In this document: in pieces, positions 37,204 through 46,886 of the stretch
Layout of the letters: each line of letters opens with the position of its first letter
How positions within the stretch are numbered: the stretch's first letter is position 1
Source: Alphaproteobacteria bacterium
GTDB taxonomy: Bacteria > Pseudomonadota > Alphaproteobacteria > SP197
Length of the DNA stretch: 64,000 nucleotides
Direction of reading: 5' to 3'
NCBI GenBank assembly: GCA_965228895.1
Contig: OZ245842.1
Coordinates: 832,001-896,000, forward strand
The notes under the pieces: model-generated
The model's input: the letters and a program-made list of their open reading frames with translations, nothing else
The model's database searches: none
Told to the model about the DNA's origin: nothing
Position numbers and translations under genes: made by a program

Positions 37204-37823
37204 GTTCCGGCGTGCCGGAACTTGGCCTGACCCGTCCTGATCGCGGTTGCCGATGCCGGGTGGCGCGGGCCCATTATATAGGTCCAGGCCGGCGCCTCCT
37301 GGTCGGCCAGATCGCGTGCTTTAAGCGGCGCGATCCTGCTGCGGCGGAATCGAATAGCCGCCGGACTGGCCAGACAACTTAAAGAATAGGGAGACCGATC
37401 AAAAACCGCAACGGGGACAGTTGTGAAGATTCGATGCCATTCGTGCCAATGATGGATGGTGGCCAGGTTATCGGCACCCATCAACCATACGAAACGCGTG
37501 GTTGGACTGCGTCTGCGCAGGCGGCCCAAGGTATCGGCGGTATAGCGCGTGCCAAGCCGATCCTCGATATCCGTCACACGAACCCGCGGCAGATCAACAA
37601 ACGCCGTGGCGTTCGCGAAGCGCACGTCAAGCGGCGCCATGTCCGATGTCGATTTCGATGGGTTCTGAGGCGCGACCAACCACCAGACTTCGTCCAGGCG
37701 CAGCAAGCGTAGCGCCATATTCGTGACAAACAGGTGACCTTCGTGGGCCGGGTTGAACGAGCCGCCCAGCAGGCCGATCTTGCGGCCCGCCGCCGAGGTC
37801 AGAAGCGCCAGGTCCGAAGTCAG
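37200..37823 (-). CDS. nadD: Nicotinate-nucleotide adenylyltransferase (start uncertain, possibly CTG)
   Basis: GGSFNPAHEGH, WLMGADN, SATAIR; between proA and rsfS. Confidence 0.9.
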   Translation of the reverse strand: MTSDLALLTSAAGRKIGLLGGSFNPAHEGHLFVTNMALRLLRLDEVWWLVAPQNPSKSTSDMAPLDVRFANATAFVDLPRVRVTDIEDRLGTRYTADTLGRLRRRSPTTRFVWLMGADNLATIHHWHEWHRIFTTVPVAVFDRSPYSLSCLASPAAIRFRRSRIAPLKARDLADQEAPAWTYIMGPRHPASATAIRTGQAKFRHAGT

Positions 37824-39112
37824 GGTCTGGTCTGTCCGTTGCCGCGCACGACATACTTGAATGTCGTGAGCTGATCGACACCGACCGGACCGCGCGCATG
37901 CAATCGGTTGGTCGAAATGCCGATCTCCGCGCCCATGCCGAACTCGCCGCCGTCGGCGAATTGGGTCGAGGCGTTCCACATGGCGATCGCACTGTCGACC
38001 GATGCCAGGAAGTGTTCGGCGGCCGCGGCGTCTTCGGTGACGATGGCATCGGTGTGATCCGATCCATGCCGGGCGATGTGCTCGAGGGCACCTTCCACGC
38101 CATCGACCTCGCGGACCGAAAGGATCGTGTCCAAGTGCTCGGTATCCCAGTCCTCGTCGCTGGCCGGTTGAACGCGGGGATCAAGACGCATGGCAGCGGT
38201 ATCGCCGCGCAGTTCACAGCCAGCATCCAACAGCGGGGCCACGATCAGCCGGCGGGTGTCGTCGTCCAAACGCCGGTCGAACAGCAGAGTCTCCATGGCG
38301 CCGCAGATACCGGTGCGCCGAAGTTTGGCGTTAAGCGCGATGTCGCGGGCCATCTCAGGATTGGCGGCTGCGTCGACATAGGTATGGCACAGGCCCATCA
38401 GGTGGGCGATCACCGGAACACGGCTTTCGTCCTGCACACGTTCGACCAGCGTCTGGCCGCCGCGCGGCACAATGATGTCGATCCAGCGCGTCATCGTCAG
38501 CATTTCGCCGACCGCCGCGCGGTCGGTTGTCGGCACCAGTTGAACCGCCGTTTCCGGCAGGCCGGCTTCGCGCAGCCCTTGGTGCAGGCACGCGGTGATG
38601 ACGTGGGATGAATGAAAACTCTCCGATCCTCCACGCAGAATGGCCGCGTTGCCGGCCTTCAGGCACAACCCGCCGGCATCCGCGGTCACGTTGGGCCGGG
38701 ACTCATAGATGATGCCGATAACGCCCAGCGGCACCGCGACGCGGGCGATATCCAGGCCGTTCGGTCGTTGCCAGCGCGCGAGTTCGCGTCCAACCGGATC
38801 GTCCAAGTCGGCAATGGCCTCAAGACCCGCTGCCATCGCTTCGATCCGTTCGGGATTGAGCGTCAACCGATCCATCAGCGCTTTCGACAAGCTTCGCTCA
38901 CGCCCAACGGCGAGATCGGCCTTGTTCGCATCGATCAGCGCGGACTCGCGGTCGCGCAAAGCCGCCGCCGCCGCGCGAAGCGCCGTGTTCTTGGTCTCGG
39001 TTGCCGCTTGGGCCAACGCGCGCGACGTTTCGCGCGCGGCGCGGCCCATCTCGTCCATCACCGTGGCGATATTGTCCTCAACCAGGTTTTGCGCTGTCGA
39101 TAACGCGGTCAT
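37820..39112 (-). CDS. proA: Glutamate-5-semialdehyde dehydrogenase
   Basis: IYESRPNVT, NASTQFADGGEFGMGAEIGIST. Confidence 0.97.
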   Translation of the reverse strand: MTALSTAQNLVEDNIATVMDEMGRAARETSRALAQAATETKNTALRAAAAALRDRESALIDANKADLAVGRERSLSKALMDRLTLNPERIEAMAAGLEAIADLDDPVGRELARWQRPNGLDIARVAVPLGVIGIIYESRPNVTADAGGLCLKAGNAAILRGGSESFHSSHVITACLHQGLREAGLPETAVQLVPTTDRAAVGEMLTMTRWIDIIVPRGGQTLVERVQDESRVPVIAHLMGLCHTYVDAAANPEMARDIALNAKLRRTGICGAMETLLFDRRLDDDTRRLIVAPLLDAGCELRGDTAAMRLDPRVQPASDEDWDTEHLDTILSVREVDGVEGALEHIARHGSDHTDAIVTEDAAAAEHFLASVDSAIAMWNASTQFADGGEFGMGAEIGISTNRLHARGPVGVDQLTTFKYVVRGNGQTRP

Positions 39113-40224
39113 GACAACACCAAATCATCTCTATGAATTAACTCTTCGCGGCCACGGTAGCCCAGCAAATCGCCGATTTCACCGCTTTTATGCCCGGCGA
39201 TGCGGCGTGCGTCCTGGCACGAATAGGCGACCAGGCCGCGGGCGATCTCGCGCCCGTTCGTGTCTTTGACCAAAACGGCATCCCCCTTTTCGAAACGTCC
39301 CTCAATGGTCGTAACGCCGGCCGGCAACAGGCTTTTGCCGGCGGCAAGCGCCTTGCGCGCGCCATCGTCGACGATCAGCGATCCCGTGGGTTTGAGCGAC
39401 CCGGCGATCCAGCTCTTGCGTGCGGCGCGTGGCGTCGAGGCAGCGACGAACCAGGACGATGGCCCACCGTCCAGGATATGGCGTAGCGGATGATCGTGGT
39501 GGCCGTTGGTGATCACCATGTGACAGCCGGCAGCAACCGCTATTCGGGCGGCGGCCAGCTTGGTCTCCATGCCGCCGGAGGAATCGCCCGGCGGTGCCTT
39601 GCCGGCCATGGCGGCGACCTCATCGGTGATCGCGGTGACCTCCGGGATAAGATTGGCATCCGCGCGCTTGCGTGGATCGGCATCATAGAAGCCATCAATA
39701 TCCGACAGCAGGACAAGCACGTCGGCGCTGGTCATGGCCGCGACGCGGGCCGCCAGCCGGTCGTTGTCGCCAAACCGGATCTCGGTCGTGGCGACCGTGT
39801 CGTTCTCGTTTACGACAGGCACGGCGCCGACCCTTAGGAGACGGTTGATGGTGCCAAGCGCGTTCAGGTAGCGACGCCGCGCTTCAGTGTCTTCGAGGGT
39901 CAGCAGGACCTGCGCGACACGGATATCGTGATGGCCAAGCGCTTCTTCATAGGCATGGGCCAAATGGATTTGGCCACACGCTGCGGCGGCCTGGCTTTCG
40001 TCCAACCGCAGTGTTCCCTTCGACAGTCCCAGCCGGCGGCGGCCCAGCGCGATTGCACCGGAGGTGACGATGACGACCTCCTGGCGTTCTGCCCGCATGG
40101 CTGCGATGTCGGCGGCAAGTGTCTCCAGCCATGATCGGCGGATGCGACCGTCCGTATCGCCAACCAGAAGCGCCGAGCCGATCTTGACAACGACGCGCCG
40201 TGCTTTCTTCAAACGGCTGGCCAT
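39109..40224 (-). CDS. proB: Glutamate 5-kinase
   Basis: VVKIGS, NENDTV, FGDNDRL, GGMETK; C-terminal PUA domain. Confidence 0.97.
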   Translation of the reverse strand: MASRLKKARRVVVKIGSALLVGDTDGRIRRSWLETLAADIAAMRAERQEVVIVTSGAIALGRRRLGLSKGTLRLDESQAAAACGQIHLAHAYEEALGHHDIRVAQVLLTLEDTEARRRYLNALGTINRLLRVGAVPVVNENDTVATTEIRFGDNDRLAARVAAMTSADVLVLLSDIDGFYDADPRKRADANLIPEVTAITDEVAAMAGKAPPGDSSGGMETKLAAARIAVAAGCHMVITNGHHDHPLRHILDGGPSSWFVAASTPRAARKSWIAGSLKPTGSLIVDDGARKALAAGKSLLPAGVTTIEGRFEKGDAVLVKDTNGREIARGLVAYSCQDARRIAGHKSGEIGDLLGYRGREELIHRDDLVLS

Positions 40225-40227
40225 AGG

Positions 40228-41238
40228 TCAGGCCTCGACCAATGGCTGGCGCGCCATCTCGATATGGCGCATTAGCGCACGCAGGATGCCATCGACGCCT
40301 TCGCCGGTGACGCCTGACATCATGGCAATCTCGGGGCCGGCGACCGCGCTGAGTTCATCGCGTTGCATGGCGCGCAGTTCAGCGTCGAGCGCGTCGATTT
40401 TGTTCAGCGCGACAATCGTCGGTTTATCCGCGAGACCATGGCCATAGGCCTTGAGCTCGTTGCGGATTGTCGTGTAGTCGCCGGCGACGTCGTCGGCCGT
40501 GCCGTCAACCAGATGCAGGACGACGGCGCAGCGCTCGGCATGGCCGAGGAACCGGTCGCCCAGGCCGACGCCCTCATGGGCACCAGCGATAAGCCCAGGA
40601 AGATCGGCCAGCACGAACTCCTGCTCGTCGATGCCGACGACGCCAAGTTGGGGATGCAGCGTGGTGAACGGATAGTCGGCGACCCGTGGTTTGGCGCGGG
40701 TGACGCGCGCCAGAAAGGTCGACTTGCCCGCATTGGGCAGGCCGATCAGACCGGCATCGGCGATCAGTTTCAGGCGCAGCCAGAGCCAGAGCTCTTCGCC
40801 CGGCCAGCCGGGGTCGGAACGGCGTGGCGCCCGGTTGGTCGACGACTTGAACCGCGTGTTACCGCGTCCGCCGTCGCCGCCCTTGAGCAGCACAACGCGG
40901 TCGCCCGGTTCGGTCAGGTCGGCCAACAGGGTCTCACGGTTTTCGCCGAGCACCTGGGTCCCTGGCGGCACCTGCATGACAATTGGGGCGGCGCTTGCGC
41001 CGGTCCGGTTGCCGCCCTCGCCGGGGCGTCCGTTCTTGGCCTTGAAGTGCTGGCGATAGCGGAAATCGATCAGGGTGTTCAGGTTGGGAACACATTCCAC
41101 GACCACATCGCCGCCGCGCCCGCCATCGCCACCGTCGGGCCCGCCGAATTCGACATACTTCTCACGCCGAAAGCTGACAGCACCGGCGCCGCCGTTGCCG
41201 CTCTTGACGAAGACCTTGGCTTCATCCAGGAACTTCAT
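40228..41238 (-). CDS. obgE: GTPase Obg/CgtA
   Basis: [39 protein letters not shown]. Confidence 0.97.
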   Translation of the reverse strand: MKFLDEAKVFVKSGNGGAGAVSFRREKYVEFGGPDGGDGGRGGDVVVECVPNLNTLIDFRYRQHFKAKNGRPGEGGNRTGASAAPIVMQVPPGTQVLGENRETLLADLTEPGDRVVLLKGGDGGRGNTRFKSSTNRAPRRSDPGWPGEELWLWLRLKLIADAGLIGLPNAGKSTFLARVTRAKPRVADYPFTTLHPQLGVVGIDEQEFVLADLPGLIAGAHEGVGLGDRFLGHAERCAVVLHLVDGTADDVAGDYTTIRNELKAYGHGLADKPTIVALNKIDALDAELRAMQRDELSAVAGPEIAMMSGVTGEGVDGILRALMRHIEMARQPLVEA

Positions 41239-41696
41239 GGCACGATCCTTCCCGTTGCCGAAGGATCGTCGAAGCTGCGCTCGCCGAGATCCTGGCAAAA
41301 GCGCAGAAGATAGCCGTCCGGGTCCTGCACCAGGAACTGGCGCTGTCCATAGCTGCGATCAGCACCGGCGTACCAGACTTCCTCCGGCTCTCGAAACAGC
41401 GGATGGTCGATGGCGGCGAGGGCATCAAGCAAGGCGGTCAGATCACCGGTTTCGATCTGCAGGTTGATGCCGCGCCCGAACGGCAGTTCAAGCGGTGCGG
41501 TCAACCATCCGTCCGGTTCGGTCTGATCCAACATGATCTGACTTCCCTCGCGCTCAAGGTAGGCGAAAGGCGGGTCACTGCGGCCGTAGAGACGCTCGAA
41601 GCCCAGCACATCACAATAGAACGTGAGACTGGCCGCGACATCGCGGCACAACAGCTCGGGTACCAGAGCATTGAAGTTCAGATCTCGTTCGGTCAT
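41235..41696 (-). CDS. VOC/bleomycin-resistance family protein
   Basis: LVPEL...[33 protein letters not shown]. Confidence 0.88.
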   Translation of the reverse strand: MTERDLNFNALVPELLCRDVAASLTFYCDVLGFERLYGRSDPPFAYLEREGSQIMLDQTEPDGWLTAPLELPFGRGINLQIETGDLTALLDALAAIDHPLFREPEEVWYAGADRSYGQRQFLVQDPDGYLLRFCQDLGERSFDDPSATGRIVP

Positions 41697-41720
41697 CGCC
41701 GTGTCGTATGCCTCGCATAC

Positions 41721-41750
41721 AAAAAAGGGGGAATGGCGCGCCATTCCCCC
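41721..41750 (-). terminator. Intrinsic terminator after rpmA
   Basis: Minus strand GGGGGAATGG-CGCG-CCATTCCCCC hairpin followed by a T run. Confidence 0.85.
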
Positions 41751-41780
41751 TGGTCAATCCGTTTGTCTGGGGCGGAGCGC

Positions 41781-42050
41781 CTATTCGGCAGCCTCCGCGG
41801 CCGGGACCACGTCGATGAACATGCGCCGCGCGTTCAAGCGCCGGAACCGCACGTGGCCGTCGGTGGTCGCAAAAATCGTATGGTCCTTGCCCATGCCGAC
41901 ATTCTCGCCGGGATGGAACTTGGTGCCGCGCTGGCGCACGATGATGTTGCCGGCGATGACCTGTTCGCCGCCGAACTTCTTCACGCCCAGCCGTTGACCC
42001 GGTGAGTCGCGCCCGTTACGCGAGCTGCCGCCTGCTTTTTTATGAGCCAT
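41781..42050 (-). CDS. rpmA: 50S ribosomal protein L27
   Basis: [25 protein letters not shown]. Confidence 0.98.
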   Translation of the reverse strand: MAHKKAGGSSRNGRDSPGQRLGVKKFGGEQVIAGNIIVRQRGTKFHPGENVGMGKDHTIFATTDGHVRFRRLNARRMFIDVVPAAEAAE

Positions 42051-42053
42051 GGA

Positions 42054-42545
42054 TCAATCCTCCTGGCTATCGGAGCTATCGGTTTTGGGCGCCGCGGCCT
42101 TCTTGGCGGCGGCCTTTTTCGCCGGCGCCTTCTTGGCAGCGGCCTTTTTGGCCGGTGCCTTGTCCGCCGCTGCGTCGTCGTCCGCCTTCTTGGCCGGCGC
42201 GGCTTTTTTGGCCGCTGCCTTGGGCTTGGCGCCCTTGGCCAGAATCTCGGTGATCTTCAGAACCGTGTGTTCCTGGCGGTGGCCGGCGTGACGGCGATAG
42301 TGCTTGCGCCGTTTCTTCTTGAAAATCAGGATCTTGCGGGCCCTGGTCTGGTCCACGACCTCAGCCGTGACCTGGGCGCCATCAAGCACGGGGGCGCCGA
42401 TTTCGACGTCCTCGCCGCTGCCCATCATGAGAACACGGTCAAACGTCACCGATTCGCCGGGATCGCCGTCCAGGCGCTCCACGGTCACGATGTCGTTTTG
42501 GGCGACGCGGTACTGTTTGCCGCCGGTTTCGATAACTGCGAACAT
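42054..42545 (-). CDS. rplU: 50S ribosomal protein L21 with Lys/Ala-rich tail
   Basis: [23 protein letters not shown]. Confidence 0.97.
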   Translation of the reverse strand: MFAVIETGGKQYRVAQNDIVTVERLDGDPGESVTFDRVLMMGSGEDVEIGAPVLDGAQVTAEVVDQTRARKILIFKKKRRKHYRRHAGHRQEHTVLKITEILAKGAKPKAAAKKAAPAKKADDDAAADKAPAKKAAAKKAPAKKAAAKKAAAPKTDSSDSQED

Positions 42546-42714
42546 AAGAAAAGGCCTTCTTTTTTGATCCGCGCACGGCCCAGATCGGCCTGATCGGGCG
42601 GGCGGAGCCGCGAACTATATGTATCCGCGTCCCGATGTCAACCGGATGCGACACGACTGGAGAACGACCGATAGATTCGGCTGAAATCGAGGCCCCAGGC
42701 GGCTGTCGTGCGGT

Positions 42715-42891
42715 TCAGCCGGTACGCCTGGGGCGCCTCAGAAGCTCGCCGCCGCAATTGGGGCAGGTGCCGTCCATGGCGTGGTTGCAGGAATCGCAGA
42801 ACGTACACTCATAACTGCAGATATAGGCCTCGCCATCGGCTGCCAGCGCGGTCTGGCAGCGCTCGCAGGTAACGCGCATCTCAAGCGCCAT
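42715..42891 (-). CDS. DUF1272 family small Cys-rich protein (58 aa, below the ORF-track cutoff)
   Basis: Hand translation MALEMRVTCERC...AYICSYECTFCDSC...CPNCGGELLRRPRR. Confidence 0.85.
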   Translation of the reverse strand: MALEMRVTCERCQTALAADGEAYICSYECTFCDSCNHAMDGTCPNCGGELLRRPRRTG

Positions 42892-42914
42892 GGCGGGCGA
42901 TCAGCGCCGGGACG

Positions 42915-43331
42915 TCAGCGATAGAGTTCGTCCCACAGGAAAATCGTGGTGAGTTCATAGAGCAAGACGGCGAACAGCGTCATGGTCAGGATTTCAGCGG
43001 GATAGCAGCCCAGAACGTTGGTGCGCCCACCGCTATCGGTGCCGAACATGATGGTCGGGTGGCTCACCTCACCACGGTTGGCCAACACGTAGGCCAACAC
43101 CAGAATGCCGCCCAAGAAACCATAGAGCGCAACGCTTTCGAGACCGACCGCGTGGAGAATAGCGGGCGGGACGACCGAGAACATGAAGGCGAGCACCGCC
43201 ATCCAGTTGGGGTTCATTTCGGTCGGTTTGGCCAGCCCACGGCACAACACCGAAAGTACCAGGGCGAGCACGAAGCCCAGGGCCAGCAATGCCGCTACCG
43301 ATACGCCGCCAATTCCGCCTTCTTCTTCCAT
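42915..43331 (-). CDS. Hypothetical membrane protein
   Basis: About 4 hydrophobic segments; SD-like GGAGAG before ATG. Confidence 0.6.
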   Translation of the reverse strand: MEEEGGIGGVSVAALLALGFVLALVLSVLCRGLAKPTEMNPNWMAVLAFMFSVVPPAILHAVGLESVALYGFLGGILVLAYVLANRGEVSHPTIMFGTDSGGRTNVLGCYPAEILTMTLFAVLLYELTTIFLWDELYR

Positions 43332-43545
43332 CGTGTCTCTCCGGCTCTATTTCTTGATTACCGCGCCCCAGGACCGGTGCGCGATTATAGGTGGCCGTTG
43401 CAAGCGCTGGCAAGATGCGCCGTTTGGTGGGCCAGGGAGCGCGAGCGATGGGTCTTTCCAGGTGCCGAGATGGGGGTCTTGCCGCTGGGGCAGAGCAGGG
43501 GGTATGGTCCCGCGCCCTCGAACGAGGCCACGATACCCATCATGC

Positions 43546-43634
43546 GGAGGGGTGCCGGAGTGGTCGAACGGGGCGGTCTCGAAAACCGTTGTGCGCTCTG
43601 CGTACCGAGGGTTCGAATCCCTCCCCCTCCGCCA
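43546..43634 (+). tRNA. tRNA-Ser(CGA)
   Basis: Acceptor GGAGGGG/CCCCTCC-GCCA; anticodon loop CT-CGA-AA; long variable arm; GGTTCGAATCC T-arm. Confidence 0.96.
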
Positions 43635-43891
43635 TATTTTAAACAGTTGCTAATAAGGGATAAATTGATTGCCAGGGCCAGGCAATTTCATCCCACATTT
43701 CCGAGTCTTGGCCTGGCATCCGTTTGTCCACGAGGTTTCGGGAGACCGATCGGGTCCCACGCTTGTCAGCTCATAGCCTCAGTTATCTCTCAGGGTCGAT
43801 TTTTTGGTACCTGAAAGGGATGCGGTTTCGGGGTCTGTCTTAAGAGAGGTGCCTAGTACCTGAGAAGGCTAAGAATGACTTGAGAGATGTC

Positions 43892-45613
43892 TCAGTCGAT
43901 GCCCAGCCGTTCGCGCTGTTCGCCCCAGGTGAGAGGTAGGCGCGACGCGCTCTTGAGTGTCGACGCTTTCATATCCGCCGGCTGCGCACCGTTGGCGATT
44001 TTGGTGACGATGTCGGGTGCCAGATACGCGAGACGGAGCGCGCGTGTGAAGTAGGAACGCGTGACGCCCTCGTCCTTGCAGATGTCCATGATTGATCGAC
44101 CCCGGGCGTTCAGCAAGAGTTGGTGATAACGCTGGCCAGTCAGGACCAGTCGCACGAGGCTTCGGTCTGGTTTCGGCGCCGTTCTGAATGAGCCGCCGCC
44201 ATCGACAATCATCCGTGTTTCCATACCGGCGCGCTTGAGCCGCGCGGGGACGCTGAACAATCGCGTCGGACCATCCGTATCCGGAGGTTGGGTACACTCG
44301 CCAAGGCTCAAATCGGCAATCGCGTTCTGCCGGACCCGGATGTCGACCTGCTCAGACGTCACATCGATTCGGACAATCAGGGTCAGGAGAATTCGCCTCA
44401 ACTTGGCGGGTTCCAATCTCGACCACGCGATTGCAACTTCTCGAAGCCGCTCCATCAGCTGCTGTTGTTTCGCCGTATCTTGGGTTAGCGCCTGAATCGC
44501 TGCCAACGCGTTCTGCTCGTCCTCAATAAGCTGTTGCATGCACTCAATGACAATCCGCTCAATCTCGGCGGCTGGGGTTCGCCATCCCGTCTTTGATGTA
44601 CATTTTCGATCCGTCGTCAGGTGCCGCGATACGTAGTAACGGTAGCGCTTGCCGCTCTTTACCGCATGTGTCGGTGTCATGCGTTGACCGTCGCCGTCGA
44701 AGATCAGCCCGGTGAGCAGACTGGGATTGGAGGATTGCGAGCAAGTCCGGCGTTCGACCCGATTTCGGTCGAGCATCTCCTGCACAGCGTTCCACATGGG
44801 TTCGGGGACGATCGCCTTGTGAACGCCCGGATAACTTTCGCCCTTATGTGTGATCTCGCCCCGGTAAGTCCTGTTTTGGAGCAGATGGTAAAGCGCACCG
44901 CGATTGAATGGTTTGCCGCCTGTCCTCCGGCCGCTTTCGCTGACGCGCTCCTTGCTGACGACACCTTCGGCCCGAAGTACGTCCAGCAGGCTCAATACGG
45001 AGCCTAAGTCGACATAACGCTGGAAGATGTAGCGTACCGTTCGAGCTTCCTGCTCGTTGACGACAAGCTTGCGGGCTTCAACGTCGTAACCCAGAGGCGG
45101 CACACCGCCCATCCACATCCCCTTTTTCTTTGATGCCGCAATCTTGTCGCGGATGCGTTCTGCCGTGACCTCGCGCTCGAATTGGGCGAACGACAGCAGA
45201 ACGTTCAACGTCAGTCGTCCCATGGAGGTAGTGGTATTGAACTGCTGGGTGACCGAGACAAAGGAGACGCCGTGCTCGTCGAAGGTATCGACGATCTTGG
45301 CGAAGTCCGAGAGTGACCGGGTCAGGCGGTCAACCTTATAAACAACGACCACGTCGACACGTTTCGTCGAGACGTCATCAAGCAGCCGTTGCAAGGCCGC
45401 GCGATCCATGGTCGCGCCTGAGATACCGCCATCGTCGTAGTAGTCCGACAAGGCCGTCCAACCCTCGTGCTTCTGGCTGGCGATGTAGGCCTCACAGGCC
45501 TCGCGCTGAGCGTCGAGACTATTGAAGTCTTGTTCCAAGCCCTCTTCGTGGGACTTCCGCGTGTAGATCGCGCAGCGGAGAACGCGTGGAGGTGTTTCCT
45601 TGCTACGTGGCAT
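43892..45613 (-). CDS. Large serine recombinase
   Basis: CAIYTRKS catalytic motif, DGGISG, YKVDRLTRS, FAQFERE, PLGY, RYY. Confidence 0.93.
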   Translation of the reverse strand: MPRSKETPPRVLRCAIYTRKSHEEGLEQDFNSLDAQREACEAYIASQKHEGWTALSDYYDDGGISGATMDRAALQRLLDDVSTKRVDVVVVYKVDRLTRSLSDFAKIVDTFDEHGVSFVSVTQQFNTTTSMGRLTLNVLLSFAQFEREVTAERIRDKIAASKKKGMWMGGVPPLGYDVEARKLVVNEQEARTVRYIFQRYVDLGSVLSLLDVLRAEGVVSKERVSESGRRTGGKPFNRGALYHLLQNRTYRGEITHKGESYPGVHKAIVPEPMWNAVQEMLDRNRVERRTCSQSSNPSLLTGLIFDGDGQRMTPTHAVKSGKRYRYYVSRHLTTDRKCTSKTGWRTPAAEIERIVIECMQQLIEDEQNALAAIQALTQDTAKQQQLMERLREVAIAWSRLEPAKLRRILLTLIVRIDVTSEQVDIRVRQNAIADLSLGECTQPPDTDGPTRLFSVPARLKRAGMETRMIVDGGGSFRTAPKPDRSLVRLVLTGQRYHQLLLNARGRSIMDICKDEGVTRSYFTRALRLAYLAPDIVTKIANGAQPADMKASTLKSASRLPLTWGEQRERLGID

Positions 45614-46112
45614 GGATTTGCTCGCGCCGGCGCCCGGCCAGACCGAAGAACCTTGGCCCTGACCACCGGACGCCGGTAATCTCGCGTGCGATCGCGGAGA
45701 GGGATTGATAGCGTTTTCCGTTGTACTCAAAGCCTTCCTCAAGAACGGTGACCGTGTAGGCCTTGGCCCGCCATTCGCGAACAACTTTGGCGCCGGGCTT
45801 GAGGGTAGGACCTGTGACGAAAGCGCCGCGTTTGCCTTCGTTCAGGTAGCCTGCCATCGTTTTGAGTCTGCGTTTCGTCGATTGGCTCAGGCCACCAAGC
45901 GCCTGTTCCTGAAGTTTGTAGCTAATGCCTCGACTAAGAAGGTCCCGACTCATGCCCCGAGGCGTGGGCACGTTGAATACTCTTGCCCAGTGTTTGCGCA
46001 ACTCGGGCATCGACAGGTCGCCAAGTGCCATGATCTGGCGTTCCATTTCTGATGGATGAGATGTCGCCGGGGTATTACCGGAGACTCTACTGGGGATCAG
46101 TCCTCCGTTCAT
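45603..46112 (-). CDS. DUF2924 family protein
   Basis: YKLQEQALGGL, LKPGAKVVREW, SLSAIAREITGVRWSGPRFFGL; overlaps the recombinase start. Confidence 0.88.
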   Translation of the reverse strand: MNGGLIPSRVSGNTPATSHPSEMERQIMALGDLSMPELRKHWARVFNVPTPRGMSRDLLSRGISYKLQEQALGGLSQSTKRRLKTMAGYLNEGKRGAFVTGPTLKPGAKVVREWRAKAYTVTVLEEGFEYNGKRYQSLSAIAREITGVRWSGPRFFGLAGRRREQIHAT

Positions 46113-46324
46113 TGCGTGGCATCCTCACTGATGCGATAGACGCTCACACCCGCGTCATTCTGCGTACGCGTGATGTCATAGCCATTCTTTCTGAGATCGG
46201 TGAGGGAAGCTCGCACACTATGCGGCTGCCAGCCGGTCGGTTTCTGAAGCTGGGCAATGGTCGCGCCTTGCCGGCGCTTCAAGAGCTTGAGAATGGTTGC
46301 AGTTTTCGTGGTTCTGGCGGTCAT
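46109..46324 (-). CDS. DUF3489 family (wHTH-like) protein
   Basis: LLKRRQGATIAQL...TGWQPHSVRASL...YRI; SD GGAGG. Confidence 0.88.
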   Translation of the reverse strand: MTARTTKTATILKLLKRRQGATIAQLQKPTGWQPHSVRASLTDLRKNGYDITRTQNDAGVSVYRISEDATQ

Positions 46325-46518
46325 GTTTGCCTCCGTTCTAGGCGCCTCACGGATTGCGAAGCGCTTCCACCGCACTAGGCCCGGCCAAATGCAAGATCAG
46401 GTCCGGGCGGGTGGTGATCGGAGGTCCTGGATAGACCTTTGAGCGTTCACCGCACGCTCACAGTACTGCTCTGTTGAGCGCCAAAGTCCAGTTGTTTGCG
46501 ATTGGAAAGGCGGGGCGT

Positions 46519-46734
46519 CTAGCAACTCGTTTTCTTAACCTGTTCGACCAGCTCTCGGATGACGTCTGCCAGGACCTCAAGGTCGTGTGTTGCCGATAGG
46601 AGGCGCCTAACCGCCGCTAGATAAGCCGCTGGACTTTTGTCATGAGCCTGGCCATCGCACGAGGCAAGGTGTGCCGCTTCGGCAAGCGATGTTGCCGTTG
46701 CGAACAACCGCGTGATGATCTCGCGCTGGCTCAT
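46519..46734 (-). CDS. Small helical hypothetical protein
   Basis: 71-aa ORF preceded by the same upstream motif as the DUF3489 gene. Confidence 0.5.
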   Translation of the reverse strand: MSQREIITRLFATATSLAEAAHLASCDGQAHDKSPAAYLAAVRRLLSATHDLEVLADVIRELVEQVKKTSC

Positions 46735-46886
46735 GACCAAGGTGTCGCTCCACGATTGGGAAACCACTGACGCTTCCTTTGGGCAAAGAGTCCAGTCTTC
46801 CGTTCACGCACTTATGCTTCCGATCGTGTGAGGAGATCCCGACGATAAGTGCACATTCGGTCAGGCCTCCATTGGTCGGAGAACTC

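Noticed and set aside
42080-42240. Short tandem DNA repeats
   Set aside because: Explained by the AKKA coding repeats of the L21 tail; not an independent repeat element
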